Positions 38,876-49,498 of a stretch of 64,000 nt of DNA are shown one piece after another; within the stretch, counting starts at the first letter, position 1, and each line of letters begins with the position of its first letter. A program made the translations under genes and the position numbers. The DNA is taken from NCBI GenBank assembly GCA_963743915.1, contig CAVURN010000005.1, forward strand, positions 384,001 to 448,000, in the 5' to 3' direction. The notes under the pieces are model-generated. The model did not search any database and was not told the origin of the DNA. It worked only from the letters and a program-made list of their open reading frames with translations. This DNA comes from an uncultured Actinomycetota bacterium (GTDB lineage Bacteria > Actinomycetota > Actinomycetes > JAHEKZ01).

Positions 38876-40244
38876 TGTATTACTCCGGCTGATACGTGAC
38901 ATTTCGGCTTCGGCTGATCGCGTGACAGTGTTTCGGTTGATGGGTTACAGCTGCTTCGGTTGATTGGTGACACTCCCTGGATGAGGGAGATCAGTGTGGC
39001 TGAGCAGAGGTATCAGGCGGTTCTGGCGGTGCTTGCCGATGGCGAGACGGTGACCGATGTGGCGGCCCGGTTCGGGGTCTCGCGGAAGACCGCTTCATGG
39101 CTGGTTGCGCGAGGTACGAGGCCGGCGGGATGGAGGAGCTGGGGGATCGGTCGCATCGGCCGCGGTCGTGTCCGCATCAGATGTCGGCGGATGTGGAGGT
39201 GATGGTCGCGCGGTTGCGGCGGGCGCATCCGTCGTGGGGTCCGCGGCGGTTGGTGTTCGAGTTGGCCAAGGCGGGGGGTGGACCCGGTGCCGAGTGAGTC
39301 GGGGGTGTATCGGGCGCTGTCGCGGCTGAGACCTGGTTGATCCGGACGCGCGGCGGCCGCGGGAGCGGAAGTGGAAGCGGTGGGAGCGGGGCTCAGCCGA
39401 TGGAGTTGTGGCAGATGGATGTGGTGGGTGGGTTCGTGCTCGCTGATGGGCGGCGGGTCAAGGCGTTGACCGGGGTCGATGACCATTCCCGGTTCTGCGT
39501 GTCGGCGTTCTTGATGGTGCGGGAGTCCTCCAGCGCGTCTGTGAGCGGTCTGACGTTGGCGCTGCGGACCTATGGGGTTCCCGGGCAGGTACTGACCGAC
39601 AACGGGAAGGTCTTCACCGGGCGGTTCAACAGACCGCCGGTGGAGGTGCTGTTCGACCGGGTGCTGCGGGAGAACGGGATCGAGCATCTGCTGACCCAGC
39701 CCCGGTCCCCGACCACGACGGGGAAGGTGGAGCGGTTCCACCGGGCGATCCGGACCGAGTTCCGCACCGACCGGGTGTTCGCTGACCTTGGCGCCGCGCA
39801 GGCAGAGCTGGACGCCTGGGTGGAGCAGTACAACCATCAGCGACCGCACCAGGCCCTGCAGATGGCCACCCCCGCGTCACAGTTCCTCAACGCCCCCGCT
39901 TCGGTGGCTCCCCTGCGCCCGGTGCTGACCCGGGGCAGGCCGGACGCTGCCCGCGGCGACGGTGACTGGGTGGCCCGCCGGGCGTCCGCAGTGGGCGTTG
40001 TCACGGTGAACTGGCAACAGGTATGCCTGGGGATCGCAGCCGCCGGACGGAACATCGATGTCTGGGTCACCGACCAGGTCCTGCAGTTCTACGACGGCGA
40101 CACCCTGCTGCGAACAGAGAAACGGAGCACTCCTGGACCAGTCCGAAAGAAGCGGGCGTCGATCCCCGGCGGCCGCGAGACACTACGAGCGAGTGGAACC
40201 AATCAACCGACCTAGAACTGTCACCCATCACCCGAAGGTCAACA
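38876..40244 (+). mobile_element. IS481-family insertion sequence, copy 1
   Basis: TGT...ACA ends; repeated subterminal CGG(C/T)TGAT..GTGACA boxes; flanked by GGGCACCGTGGTTT direct repeats. Confidence 0.88.
38981..40215 (+). CDS. IS481-family DDE transposase (frameshifted)
   Basis: MREISVAEQRYQAV, ELWQMD, DDHSRF, LTDNGKVF, GKVERFH, YNHQRPHQAL. Confidence 0.9.
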
Positions 40245-40259
40245 GGGCACCGTGGTTTT

Positions 40260-41653
40260 TGTGTGGTCTCGGTTGAGTGGTGACGTTTCCTGCTCGCCTG
40301 AGGCTTGACGGTGTCTCGGCTGATGGTTGACACCGTCTCGGTTGATTCTTGACACCTGTTGGTTGCTGTCGTCGTCTCGTCGTAGGTCGAGGCGGAGGGA
40401 GCCCGATGGTGCTTCGGGAGCTGAGCGTGGCTGAGCAGCGGTATCAAGCGATTCTGGCGGTGATCGAGGATGGTCTGTCGGTCACGGAGGTGGCCGGCAA
40501 GGTGGGGGTGAGCCGGCAGACGCTGCATGCGTGGTTGGCGCGGTATGCGGCTGAGGGGCTGGAGGGTCTGGGTGATCGTTCGCATCGGCCGCGGTCGTGC
40601 CCGCATCAGATGGATCCGACGGTAGAAGTACGGATCACCGAGCTTCGAGCGTTGCATCCGGGGTGGGGGGCGGACCGGTTGGCGTATCGGCTGGGTCGGG
40701 AGGGGTTCGACCCGGTGCCGAGCCGGGCGGCGATCTCGCGGGCGTTGGTGCGGCTGGGGCTGGTCAACCATGACCGCCGCAAGGGGAAGCGGGAGTACCG
40801 CAGGTGGCAGCGGTCGCGGCCGATGGAGCTGTGGCAGATGGACGTGATGGGGGCGGTGATGCTCGCCGACGGCACCGAGCTGAAGGCGGTGACCGCGATC
40901 GATGACTGTTCCCGGTTCGCGTTGGCCGCGCGGTCTGGTGCGGCGGGCCTCCTCCCGTCCGGTTTGTGGGGTGTTCAGTCAGATCCTGACGCAGTTCGGG
41001 GCACCGGAGGAGGTGCTGACCGACAACGGGAAGGTGTTCACCGGCCGGTACTCGCTGCGCCCGATCGAGGTGCTGTTCGACCGGATCTGCCGGGAGAACG
41101 GCATCACCCATCGGCTGACCGCACCCCGGTCACCGACCACGACCGGCAAGATCGAACGGTTCCATGGCACCTTCCGACGCGAGCTGCTCAACGGGCGGGT
41201 GTTCGACTCGATCGCCGACGCCCAGCAGCAGGTCGATGCCTGGCTGGTGGAGTACAACACCGACCGTCCCCACGCCTCCTTGCAGCGGCGGACCCCGGCG
41301 GAGGTGTTCAACGGTCGCGACCCCGATGCCGGCCCACCGGTCAAGGTTGACCAGGTCCTGGTCCGCCGCGACGGTGACGGCTGGATCAGCCGTCGGGTCG
41401 CCTCCAACGGGATCATCTCCGTCGCCTGGCAGCAGATCAGCTGCGGCAAGTACCGCGCCGGCGAGATCGTCGACGTCCATCTCCGTGACGGCCTGGTCGA
41501 GATCTGGTCCGGCAACGACCTGATCCGCACCGTCGTCCGCGACAACGAAAGGAGCGTCCGCAAGAAGCGGGCCAGCAAACCCGCCCAAACATAGACTCAA
41601 GGCGTCAAGGATCACCCGAGCAGAAACCGTCAAGCATCAGGTGAGACCCGACA
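40260..41653 (+). mobile_element. IS481-family insertion sequence, copy 2 (diverged from copy 1)
   Basis: TGT...ACA ends; GTCTCGG(C/T)TGA..TGAC subterminal repeats, inverted at the right end. Confidence 0.88.
40406..41594 (+). CDS. IS481-family DDE transposase (one frameshift)
   Basis: LRELSVAEQRYQAI, ELWQMD, IDDCSRF, LTDNGKVF, GKIERFH, YNTDRPHASL. Confidence 0.9.
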
Positions 41654-41669
41654 GGGGCACCGTGTTCTG

Positions 41670-41710
41670 TGTGTGGTCTCGGTTGATGGTGAGCGTTCCG
41701 GTCTCGGCCG
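41670..41710 (+). mobile_element. Left-end remnant of a third IS481-like element
   Basis: TGTGTGGTCTCGGTTGA is identical to the copy-2 left end and is preceded by a degenerate tRNA-end copy; no transposase follows. Confidence 0.6.
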
Positions 41711-41819
41711 ACCCCAGACTGCGCCCGGTCACCGGAAAGCGCCAGGCGCGATCAAGGTGTAGCAGATCGGGTTATTGGGCATGGGGACGGTGAAACCTCA
41801 TGGAAGGACTGAGGTCATC

Positions 41820-42209
41820 ATGTCCATCTATCAACGCAAGCCGCACTTCGCAAAGGCATACTCGTTCGCCATTGTCACTGGTCTGCTCTTTCTGGTGAGC
41901 TGGCTTGCCCAGTTCCTGACCCAGATGCAGGTCGCTCGGGACGAAGCCAGTCAGCATGGCCAACCGTTCCTCTGGTCCGACTACCTGCCTCAGTTCTTCG
42001 CGTCGACTTTCGAGAACTGGCAGTCGGAGTTCCTGCAACTGATCTGGCAGGCCGCCGGACTGGCCTTCTTCTACTTCTGGGGCTCGTCACAGTCGCGGGA
42101 GAGCGACGAACGCCTCGAGGCGAAGATCGACACGCTCCTCCGGGAGCGAGGCGTCGATCCTCGTCAGGTCAACCAGGATCCCGTGGAAGAGGTCCTGGTC
42201 GCGCGACCT
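41820..42209 (+). CDS. DUF6766-like membrane protein (true stop unclear)
   Basis: FENWQSEFLQ motif and GSSQSRE; the ORF runs on antisense into the next gene, so the end is approximate. Confidence 0.65.
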
Positions 42210-42986
42210 CTAGCCGGACGTGATCGACTCGCACTTGAAGACGATGATGTCGCCGCGGTCGCGGATGGCCCTGTCCCTGCCGCCTCCGCAGTAGATCCGG
42301 TCAGCACCCTCACCACCCACGGCGGTGTCGGTGCCGTATCCGCCGGTGATGTGGTCGCTTCCCGGACCGCCCTTGACTCGATCGCGCTGGTCGCCCGTTC
42401 GGATCCAGTCGTCACCGGCTCCGCCGCGCACCCGATCGTGCCGGAAGCACCGTTGAAGAAGTCCGGACCTGAGCCCAGCAGAGCGGTGTCGTCGCCACCA
42501 TCACCCAGCACGGTCAGCGAGAACTCAGCGGACAACGTCGACCCGTCGACGAAGTCGTCGCCGAGTCTGGGCCAGACCTCCACGAGCAGGCGGTTGTCCT
42601 CGCTGATGCCGTACGGAATCGGGCACTTCGCAGCAATGCCAGCGGACGCCCTTGATCTCCGTGCACTGCGCCGGCAGCGCGTCGATGCGGTCGGTTCCCC
42701 TGTCCGCGAAGCGGAGCTGGTCGCCGACCTGGGTGATCACCAGGTGGCTGTTCTGCTGACCGGCGCGGTAGCGGTACCCGCAGTCGGTCTTGAGGATCCT
42801 GGCCGCGTTCTTCATCGCCAGGTGGGGGTTGCGCCCGAGGAGCTCAGTGGTGAAGGAACACGTGTCCGGACCTGCAGCCGGTTGCTGGGTCGCGGCTACA
42901 GAACTACCGCCTGTCATGAGCGAAGTGATTGCGACGGCCGTGAGGGCGGCCAGGGTGCCTGCGAGTCGTGCGTCTCGCCTGAACAT
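42210..42986 (-). CDS. Secreted hemolysin-type Ca-binding repeat protein, paralog 1 (frameshifted)
   Basis: Signal peptide; GGAGDDWI, GGPGSDHI, GGEGADRI nonapeptides; near-identical to paralog 2. Confidence 0.78.
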
Positions 42987-43246
42987 CAATCTCCCGAGGT
43001 CGACGACAATGCTGGCCAACGTACCGAGAACGCCTGAGCCATCAAAACGGGACGCGGTACTCGTCGTGTTGCCCCTATTTGTGGGGATACGCGAGGTGTC
43101 ACCCGCCTGGGTGCACGCACAAATGTGCCTTCTGCCCCTTGATCTACTGCCGGGAGTGACAAACCTCACGGTGAGCGATTTCGAGAAGGCTGTTGTTCGG
43201 CGCGTCCTGGGTCCGCGTCCGTTCTGAGCGAAGCGCCTCGTACGCA

Positions 43247-44023
43247 CTAGCTGGACGTGACCGACTCGCACTTGAAGACGATGATGTCGCCGGCGTCGCG
43301 GGTGGCCCTGTCCCGACCGCCGCCGCAGTAGAGACGGTCGGCGCCTTCACCGCCGACGATGGTGTCGGTGCCGTAGCCACCAGTGATGTGATCGTTTCCA
43401 GGGCCGGCCTTGACGCGATCGTGCTGGTCCCCCGTACGGATCCAGTCGTCTCCGGCACCGCCCTGTACTCGGTCGTTGCCGAAGGCTCCGTTGAAGAAGT
43501 CCGGGCCAGCCCCGAGGAGGGCCGTGTCGTTCCCACCATCGCCCAGCACCGTCAGGGAGAACTCCTCGGACAGCGTCGACCCGTCGACGAAGTCGTCGCC
43601 CAGTCTGGGCCAGACCTCGACGAGCAGCCGGTTGTCCACGCTGATGCCGTACGAGATCGGGCACTCGGCGGCGATGCCGCGGACGCCCTTGATCTCGGTG
43701 CACTTCGCCGGAAGCTTGTCGATGCGGTCCGTCCCCCTGTCCGCGAAGCGGAGCTTGTCGCCCACCTGGCGGATGACCAGGTGGCTGTCCTGCTGACCGG
43801 CGCGGTAGCGGTATCCGCAGTCGGTCTTGATGATCCTGGCCGCGTTCTTCATCGACAGATAGGGGTTGCGGTCAATGAGCTCCGTGGTGAAGGAGCAGGT
43901 GTCCGGACCAGCATCCGGCTGTGGTGCGGCGACGGCGCTGCCGCCGGCCATGATGGCCGTGGTCGTGGCAATGGTGATGAGGGCGGCCAGCGCCCCAGCA
44001 AGTCGTGCGTCTCGCCCGAACAT
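43247..44023 (-). CDS. Secreted hemolysin-type Ca-binding repeat protein, paralog 2
   Basis: Signal peptide; GGAGDDWI, AGPGNDHI, GGYGTDTI, GGEGADRL repeats. Confidence 0.85.
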   Translation of the reverse strand: MFGRDARLAGALAALITIATTTAIMAGGSAVAAPQPDAGPDTCSFTTELIDRNPYLSMKNAARIIKTDCGYRYRAGQQDSHLVIRQVGDKLRFADRGTDRIDKLPAKCTEIKGVRGIAAECPISYGISVDNRLLVEVWPRLGDDFVDGSTLSEEFSLTVLGDGGNDTALLGAGPDFFNGAFGNDRVQGGAGDDWIRTGDQHDRVKAGPGNDHITGGYGTDTIVGGEGADRLYCGGGRDRATRDAGDIIVFKCESVTSS

Positions 44024-44233
44024 CAACACTTCCCATCTCCGACAACGCCGGCCAGCGACTCAGGACACCCACGCACGGGCAAACGACGCACTGACTCCGG
44101 TACGGGCGTCAAGAACCACCTGCGTGTACTGACGGTGTCGGCGCCTCGACCCGCCCTCGGTGTAGGCCGAATGGGTGAAAGGCTCGATAAGGTCGCTCTC
44201 GATCGACGAGCAGCTGCAGACGAAAGGCAGGCC

Positions 44234-45556
44234 ATGACCGCCCTTCCCCCTGCCGGCACGGATCCCAGCGCACTGATCCGGAGCAAGGAGTACCGCAGGC
44301 TGCTCATCCTCGCGGCCATCGTGGGTCTGCTCGTGTCGTTCGCGTCCTGGGCGTTTCTCGAGGTCGTCCACTGGACCCAGGTCGGCTTCTACGAGTCTCT
44401 GCCCGAAGCCTTGGGTTTCGACTCGGCCCCGATGTGGTGGCCGCTTCCGATTCTGGCGCTGGCCGGGGTGCTCACCGCGGTCGCCGTCCTGCGGCTGCCC
44501 GGCAAGGGCGGGCACGTGCCGTACGAGGGACTCAAGAGCGGAGTCACTCTCCCGATCGATGTCCCGGGAGTGCTCCTGGCTGCCGTCGCGAGCCTCGGAC
44601 TCGGGCTGGTGCTTGGTCCGGAGGCGCCCCTCATTGCCCTGAGCTCAGGTGTGGCCATCTTCGCCGTCAAGCAGCTCCACAAGGACTCCTCGGACCAGGT
44701 CATCCAGGTGATTGCCGCGGCTGCGGCGTTCGCCGCCCTGTCGAGCATCTTCGGATCACCGGTGGTCGGCGCGGTCATCCTGATCGAGGCGGCTGGGCTC
44801 GGCGGCGCCATGCTTCCGTTGATCCTGCTTCCCGGACTCATGGCGGCCGGCATCGGCTCTCTGGTGTTCGTCGGGATGGACAGCTGGGCCGGGCTCAACA
44901 ACAGCGACTACACGCTGACGGCGTTCACTCTGCCCACCTACAGCAGCCCGACGGTGAGCGACTTCGCGTGGACGGTCGCGCTCTCCCTGGTGACGGCAGT
45001 CGTCACCTTCGGGATCATCCAGCTCGCCCGCCTGTCCGCCGTCCGCGTCGGGAGACATCCCTGGGCACTGATTCCTGCGGCTGCCGTCCTCGTGGGACTC
45101 GTCGCCATCGCCTTCGCGGAGATCACCGACGAGACCTCCAGCCTGGTGCTCTTCTCCGGGGAGGACTCGTTCGGTCAGCTGCTCGATCCCACGACCAGCC
45201 TCTCGCTGGGCACCTTGACCCTCTTGGTGCTCTTCAAGGGCGTCGCGTGGGCCTTGTCCTTGGGCAGCTTCAGGGGCGGCCCGACCTTCCCGGCGCTCTT
45301 CGTGGGAGCGGCGGCCGGCCTCATGGCGGCACACCTACCTGGCTTCTCCGAGACCCCGGCGGTGGTGGCGCTCATGGCAGCCTGCGCCGTCGCGGTGCTT
45401 CGCCTGCCACTGTCGTGTGTGGTGATCGTGCTGCTGCTCACTGGATCAGCAGGACCCGCAGCGGCGCCGATCATCATCGTGGCGGTCGTCGTGGCCTACC
45501 TGACGATCGAGTGGCTGCACGCCTGGCGCGGAGAGCCTGCTCGAGCAGCGGCTTGA
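44234..45556 (+). CDS. ClC-family chloride channel/transporter
   Basis: LGPEAPL and FRGGPTFP motifs; more than 10 TM segments. Confidence 0.85.
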   Translation: MTALPPAGTDPSALIRSKEYRRLLILAAIVGLLVSFASWAFLEVVHWTQVGFYESLPEALGFDSAPMWWPLPILALAGVLTAVAVLRLPGKGGHVPYEGLKSGVTLPIDVPGVLLAAVASLGLGLVLGPEAPLIALSSGVAIFAVKQLHKDSSDQVIQVIAAAAAFAALSSIFGSPVVGAVILIEAAGLGGAMLPLILLPGLMAAGIGSLVFVGMDSWAGLNNSDYTLTAFTLPTYSSPTVSDFAWTVALSLVTAVVTFGIIQLARLSAVRVGRHPWALIPAAAVLVGLVAIAFAEITDETSSLVLFSGEDSFGQLLDPTTSLSLGTLTLLVLFKGVAWALSLGSFRGGPTFPALFVGAAAGLMAAHLPGFSETPAVVALMAACAVAVLRLPLSCVVIVLLLTGSAGPAAAPIIIVAVVVAYLTIEWLHAWRGEPARAAA

Positions 45557-45584
45557 CGCCGGCCCATCCACGACTCCGCACACA

Positions 45585-45624
45585 CGTCGGGGCCGCCGCA
45601 CCGAGAAGTGCGACGGCCCCGACG
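45585..45624. terminator. Hairpin between convergent genes
   Basis: CGTCGGGGCCGCCGCAC / GTGCGACGGCCCCGACG inverted repeat. Confidence 0.65.
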
Positions 45625-45630
45625 AATGCG

Positions 45631-46500
45631 CTACTTCTTCAGGTTCCAGTTGACGATCTTCGAGTAGATCTTGGGCGCGATGCCCTTGAGAACCTTGCCC
45701 ATGGTCTTCTGCGAGTCGTAGACACTGGCGTGCTTGATGGCCGCCTTCTTGCCGGCACCAATGTTGTCGTGGAGCTCGGCGAAGAGCAGCAGGTATCGCG
45801 TCGCGTCCGCCGGCACCTTGACGGTGTACTCCAGACCGTGGCGCAGTCATTGCCCGCCAGTCCCAGGAAATCGGTCACCGTGGTGGCCGCCGGCGCCTTC
45901 TTGCCCTTGAGCACCAGGGTGACGACCGGGTCGCTGAACGGGGCGGCGGGCGCGTCGCCACTGACCAGCCAGCGGTCGGCGTTCTCGTGGGTCGGTTCCG
46001 TGCTGTCGCGAGGATGGTCGTCCCGCTGTCCGATCCCAGATCCGTGTCGACCTGACCGTGGTGTTGACCGCCGTGGCACCCGGGATTGCGCATCTTCACC
46101 AGGTACTGAAGCGTCGGTGACGTCTGGATCGCTCGGGCGGTCCCGAACTGACGTGCAGACCCTCCACGCGGCGGGCGCGCCGGTCTTGACCACGTTGCCG
46201 TCCCGCGTGGCGAGTCCGTCGGGATCCTTGAAGTCGGTGGAACCCACCCTTACCACGAAACCATCGTCGAATCCGTCATCGGAGCCGACGAAGCCGCCGT
46301 CGTACAGAGGTGTGTACCCGTCGGTCGAGTCGCAGGTGTTTTCGCTGTTGTAGAAGTCCCAGAAGGCCACCCCCTGGGAGGAAAGCGCGGGGTCATCGTA
46401 ACTGAGGTCGATCTCGTAGGTGTGCCGCGAAGAGCGGTCCGCCCATCAGACTCAGCCCGGTCAGGCTGGCTATTCCTACCGTGACGATTTTCCGCATCAT
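45631..46500 (-). CDS. Secreted protein of unknown function (frameshifted)
   Basis: Signal peptide MMRKIVTVGIASLTGLSL; acidic Gly-rich body; ends IVNWNLKK. Confidence 0.55.
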
Positions 46501-46601
46501 GTCCGCACCTCAATCATCCGAATTGCGTACCTTGCGTACCCGCCCGACCCTAGTCACGTCACCCCTCCGGCGTACAGAGGTCACGCACCGTCACTTCACC
46601 G

Positions 46602-46997
46602 TCACGGGGCCCGTCGCCTCACGGCGATCACGCGTGCCAACGCCACCACGACCAGCGCGGTGCGCGCCAGACCCAGCACGAACCCCAAAGGCAGGGCGAA
46701 TCCGGTCCAGAAGACGAGCTCGAACGGGAGCAGGATCAGCGCTGCCCAGGCGCCCACCGTCAGCTGCTGCCACAGCAGCACGCCGACCACCACCTCCGCG
46801 ACGCACACGAGGAGAAACCCCACGAGGAGGGGCACGCTCGTCTCGATGCCGCTCCGCGCGAAGGGGCCGTCCCCGTACGTGGGGAAGCCGAGGAACGTCC
46901 ACACCTCACCGTGTCGGGCGAAGAAGCCGATCGCGTAGACGCACGGGAGGCCGAACCCCAGCCCAGCAAACCAGCTGAGGACGGCCGCGAGCCTCAC
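46602..46997 (-). CDS. Small membrane protein
   Basis: Four hydrophobic segments; translationally coupled to the upstream gene. Confidence 0.7.
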   Translation of the reverse strand: MRLAAVLSWFAGLGFGLPCVYAIGFFARHGEVWTFLGFPTYGDGPFARSGIETSVPLLVGFLLVCVAEVVVGVLLWQQLTVGAWAALILLPFELVFWTGFALPLGFVLGLARTALVVVALARVIAVRRRAP

Positions 46998-47278
46998 AGC
47001 TGGACGGACTCGACCGTCTCGACGACTCTGCCCTCGGGATTGTGCATGACCGCCCCGCCAGGCCCGGCCCAGAGCTCGCGCAGCCGCCCGTGCAGCAGCT
47101 CGGCCTCCTCGGCGGACGCGAAATGCAGGTCGATCATCACGTAGTTCGGATCGCTCGCTGGTCGATGGATCTCGTACCGCTGGACGCCACTGCCCTTGCG
47201 GTCGAGTGGGTCGGCGTCGAAGACTCTCTTCCAGTCGTCGTAGGACGGGACCGCGTGTTGGATCCTGAGGATGGCCAT
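46994..47278 (-). CDS. Small dimeric alpha/beta-barrel (ABM/cyclase-like) protein
   Basis: ILRIQHAVPSYDDWKRVFDAD...DPNYVMIDLHF; AGGAG RBS. Confidence 0.75.
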   Translation of the reverse strand: MAILRIQHAVPSYDDWKRVFDADPLDRKGSGVQRYEIHRPASDPNYVMIDLHFASAEEAELLHGRLRELWAGPGGAVMHNPEGRVVETVESVQL

Positions 47279-47311
47279 GATGCTTCTCCTTTTGCGGTGC
47301 GGGTTGCTCAC

Positions 47312-48782
47312 TCACTCCGGCTTGTTGGCGGCATCGCCTCCGATCGAGAACGGCGTGCTGTAACCGGAGTACATCAGGTGCGCCAGCAGCCCCTCGGCAG
47401 CGTGCGGGAGGTTGTGGCAGTGATCGACCCACACACCCGGGTTGTCCGCGACGAAGGCGATGTCGTACGACTCGCCGTCGCGGACGTTGAGGGAGTCGAC
47501 CCACCACGGGCTGCCCGTCGCCTTCTCACCGTTGCGAGCCAGCACCACGGCGTGGTGACCATGCAGATGCATCGGATGCACCTCGCCGCTGTTGTTCTCG
47601 ATGGTCATCCGGACGACGTCCCCCTCCGTCACCACGAACATCGGGACATCGGGGTACAGGTGTCCGTTGATCGTCCACCACAGTCCCGGGCGTCCGTCGA
47701 GGAACCCGGGCCGCCTGTCCACTACGTACTCGAAGGTGCGGTCCGCGACGTCCGGGTCGAAGTCGAGCGGCGCGGAAGTGCCGTACGTCAAGGGGTCCAC
47801 GAACTCGCGGGGAGCCTCATCGGCCACCAACGTCTCGGCACCGGGCCCGACGAGCAGTGCGGCATTTCCCCCGAGCTCGACGCGGGCGCCGGTTTTCGGG
47901 GTGACCACCTCGAGGTCGGCACGTCCGCCGGCCGTCACGGTGAGCGCTTGGCCGTCGACCGGCTGCGGCTCGTTGACGTCGTACCCGTCGATCGCGAGCA
48001 CGCGGTAGCGCGCCCCCGTGACCCAGACCGACATCGGTCCGTTGTCGGTGTTGACGACCCGCACCCGGACGACGTCACCCGGCGCGGACTCGACCGCCAC
48101 GTCACCCTCTTCGCCGTTCACCGTCCGGAGGCCGTCGTAGATGTGCACCACGGCCGGAATGTCGAGGTCCTGCTGCTCCTGCTCACTGGGGTGGATCACG
48201 ACGGCGCCGAAGAGGCCACCGATGACCTGCTCGTGCGAGACCTGGTGGGAGTGGTACCAGTAGGTGCCTGCCTGGTCGGCCACGAAGCGGTAGGTGAAGC
48301 TCTCCCCCTCGGGAACGGCGTCCTGGGTGACACCGGCCACCCCGTCCATCGGGTTCGGGACGTCGATGCCGTGCCAGTGCAGCGTGATCCCGTCCGCCAC
48401 CGACTCGTTCTGGAGTCGGACCTCGACCAGGTCGCCCTGCTGCGCCTCGATCATCGGCCCCGGGGACTGTCCGTTGAGCGTGTAGCCGTCGACACTGCGC
48501 CCTGATGCCAGGGTGAACGTCTCCTGGCGCGCGGTCAGCTCGACAGTGACGTTCGCCGGCCGGTCGTCGGCCACGCCCAGGTCGACGATGCTGACGCCGC
48601 CGGAATGGTTGCCCATCTCGTGGTCAGTGGGCCCGCCACCGTAGTCGGCGTATCCCATCTCCATGACCGAGTACTCGCTCGGGCAGAAGGCTCGTCCACC
48701 ACAGCCACCCCAGTGGCAGCACGATCGCGGCTGTCGCCGCGCACGCGAGCAACAACCGACGACGACCGCTCACCGCTCCATC
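47312..48782 (-). CDS. Multicopper oxidase (N-terminal anchor region frameshifted)
   Basis: HWHG, WYHSH, HPMHLHGH, HCHNLPH copper motifs; start approximate. Confidence 0.9.
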
Positions 48783-48807
48783 CGCTCGGTGCCGGTCAGC
48801 GGATCGG

Positions 48808-49272
48808 TCAGACCGGCTCCCGCACCGCCGAAGCCGTGGGGGCCGCTTCGGTGGCGGAGGTGACCCGCTTGCCGGCCATGAAGGCCAGGGAGAACAGGAT
48901 CAGCGCGTTCAGACCGTGCAACATCCCGAAGAGCGCATTCTCGTGGCCCAGCAGCCCGAGGCTGACCTGGACGACCACCGCGAGCAGCACGAACGCGGCC
49001 CACTTGGCACCCCCTGGCACCTTGGCGAAGAACGAGACGATCAGGAAGATCAGCGCGATCAAGGGGATGATCATCATTCCGTTCATCCCGTGCACCATGA
49101 AGCCGACCACGCCGGGGAAGTCGAGGTCGCTCTCCATGGCGGCCTTGTCGAGGACGCCACCGTCCTTGTCGACCCAGATCCCGAGGCCGGCCATGGCGTA
49201 GACGGCCATCATGGCCTGGACGGCGACTTCAGCAGCGATGAGATAGGCGAGGACGCGATAGGTAGTTCTCAT
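48808..49272 (-). CDS. Membrane protein with two His-containing TM helices
   Basis: Four TM segments; HGMNG and HGLNA. Confidence 0.7.
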   Translation of the reverse strand: MRTTYRVLAYLIAAEVAVQAMMAVYAMAGLGIWVDKDGGVLDKAAMESDLDFPGVVGFMVHGMNGMMIIPLIALIFLIVSFFAKVPGGAKWAAFVLLAVVVQVSLGLLGHENALFGMLHGLNALILFSLAFMAGKRVTSATEAAPTASAVREPV

Positions 49273-49498
49273 GCAGACCCCTCGGTCGAGATTGTGGGGA
49301 AATCCGACGTGCCGCGCGGCACGGCGAGGGAAGGTGGTGGAACAGAAGGCACGCTAGAGCGTGCCATGATCATCACGCAAGGCTTCCTGCCGTCCACATC
49401 GTGCGACGGTTCCACGATCTGATGCTCCACCGGGACGCACGGGCGCCGAGTGCACCACTCTGATGGCCACCGTCGCCCACGGACCGCAGGAGTGCCAC

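Noticed and set aside
38861-41669. CRISPR array or integron suggested by the repeated GGGCACCGTG
   Set aside because: Only three copies, separated by ~1.4-kb IS elements, with no cas or integrase gene; explained as target-site duplications
43193-44233. Long N-terminal extension of the 787-aa ClC ORF
   Set aside because: Antisense shadow of the Ca-binding gene; the real start is probably ATG 44234
44234-45556. Fluoride-specific CLC-F exporter or fluoride riboswitch
   Set aside because: Lacks GNNLI/GREGT signatures; no riboswitch recognisable upstream
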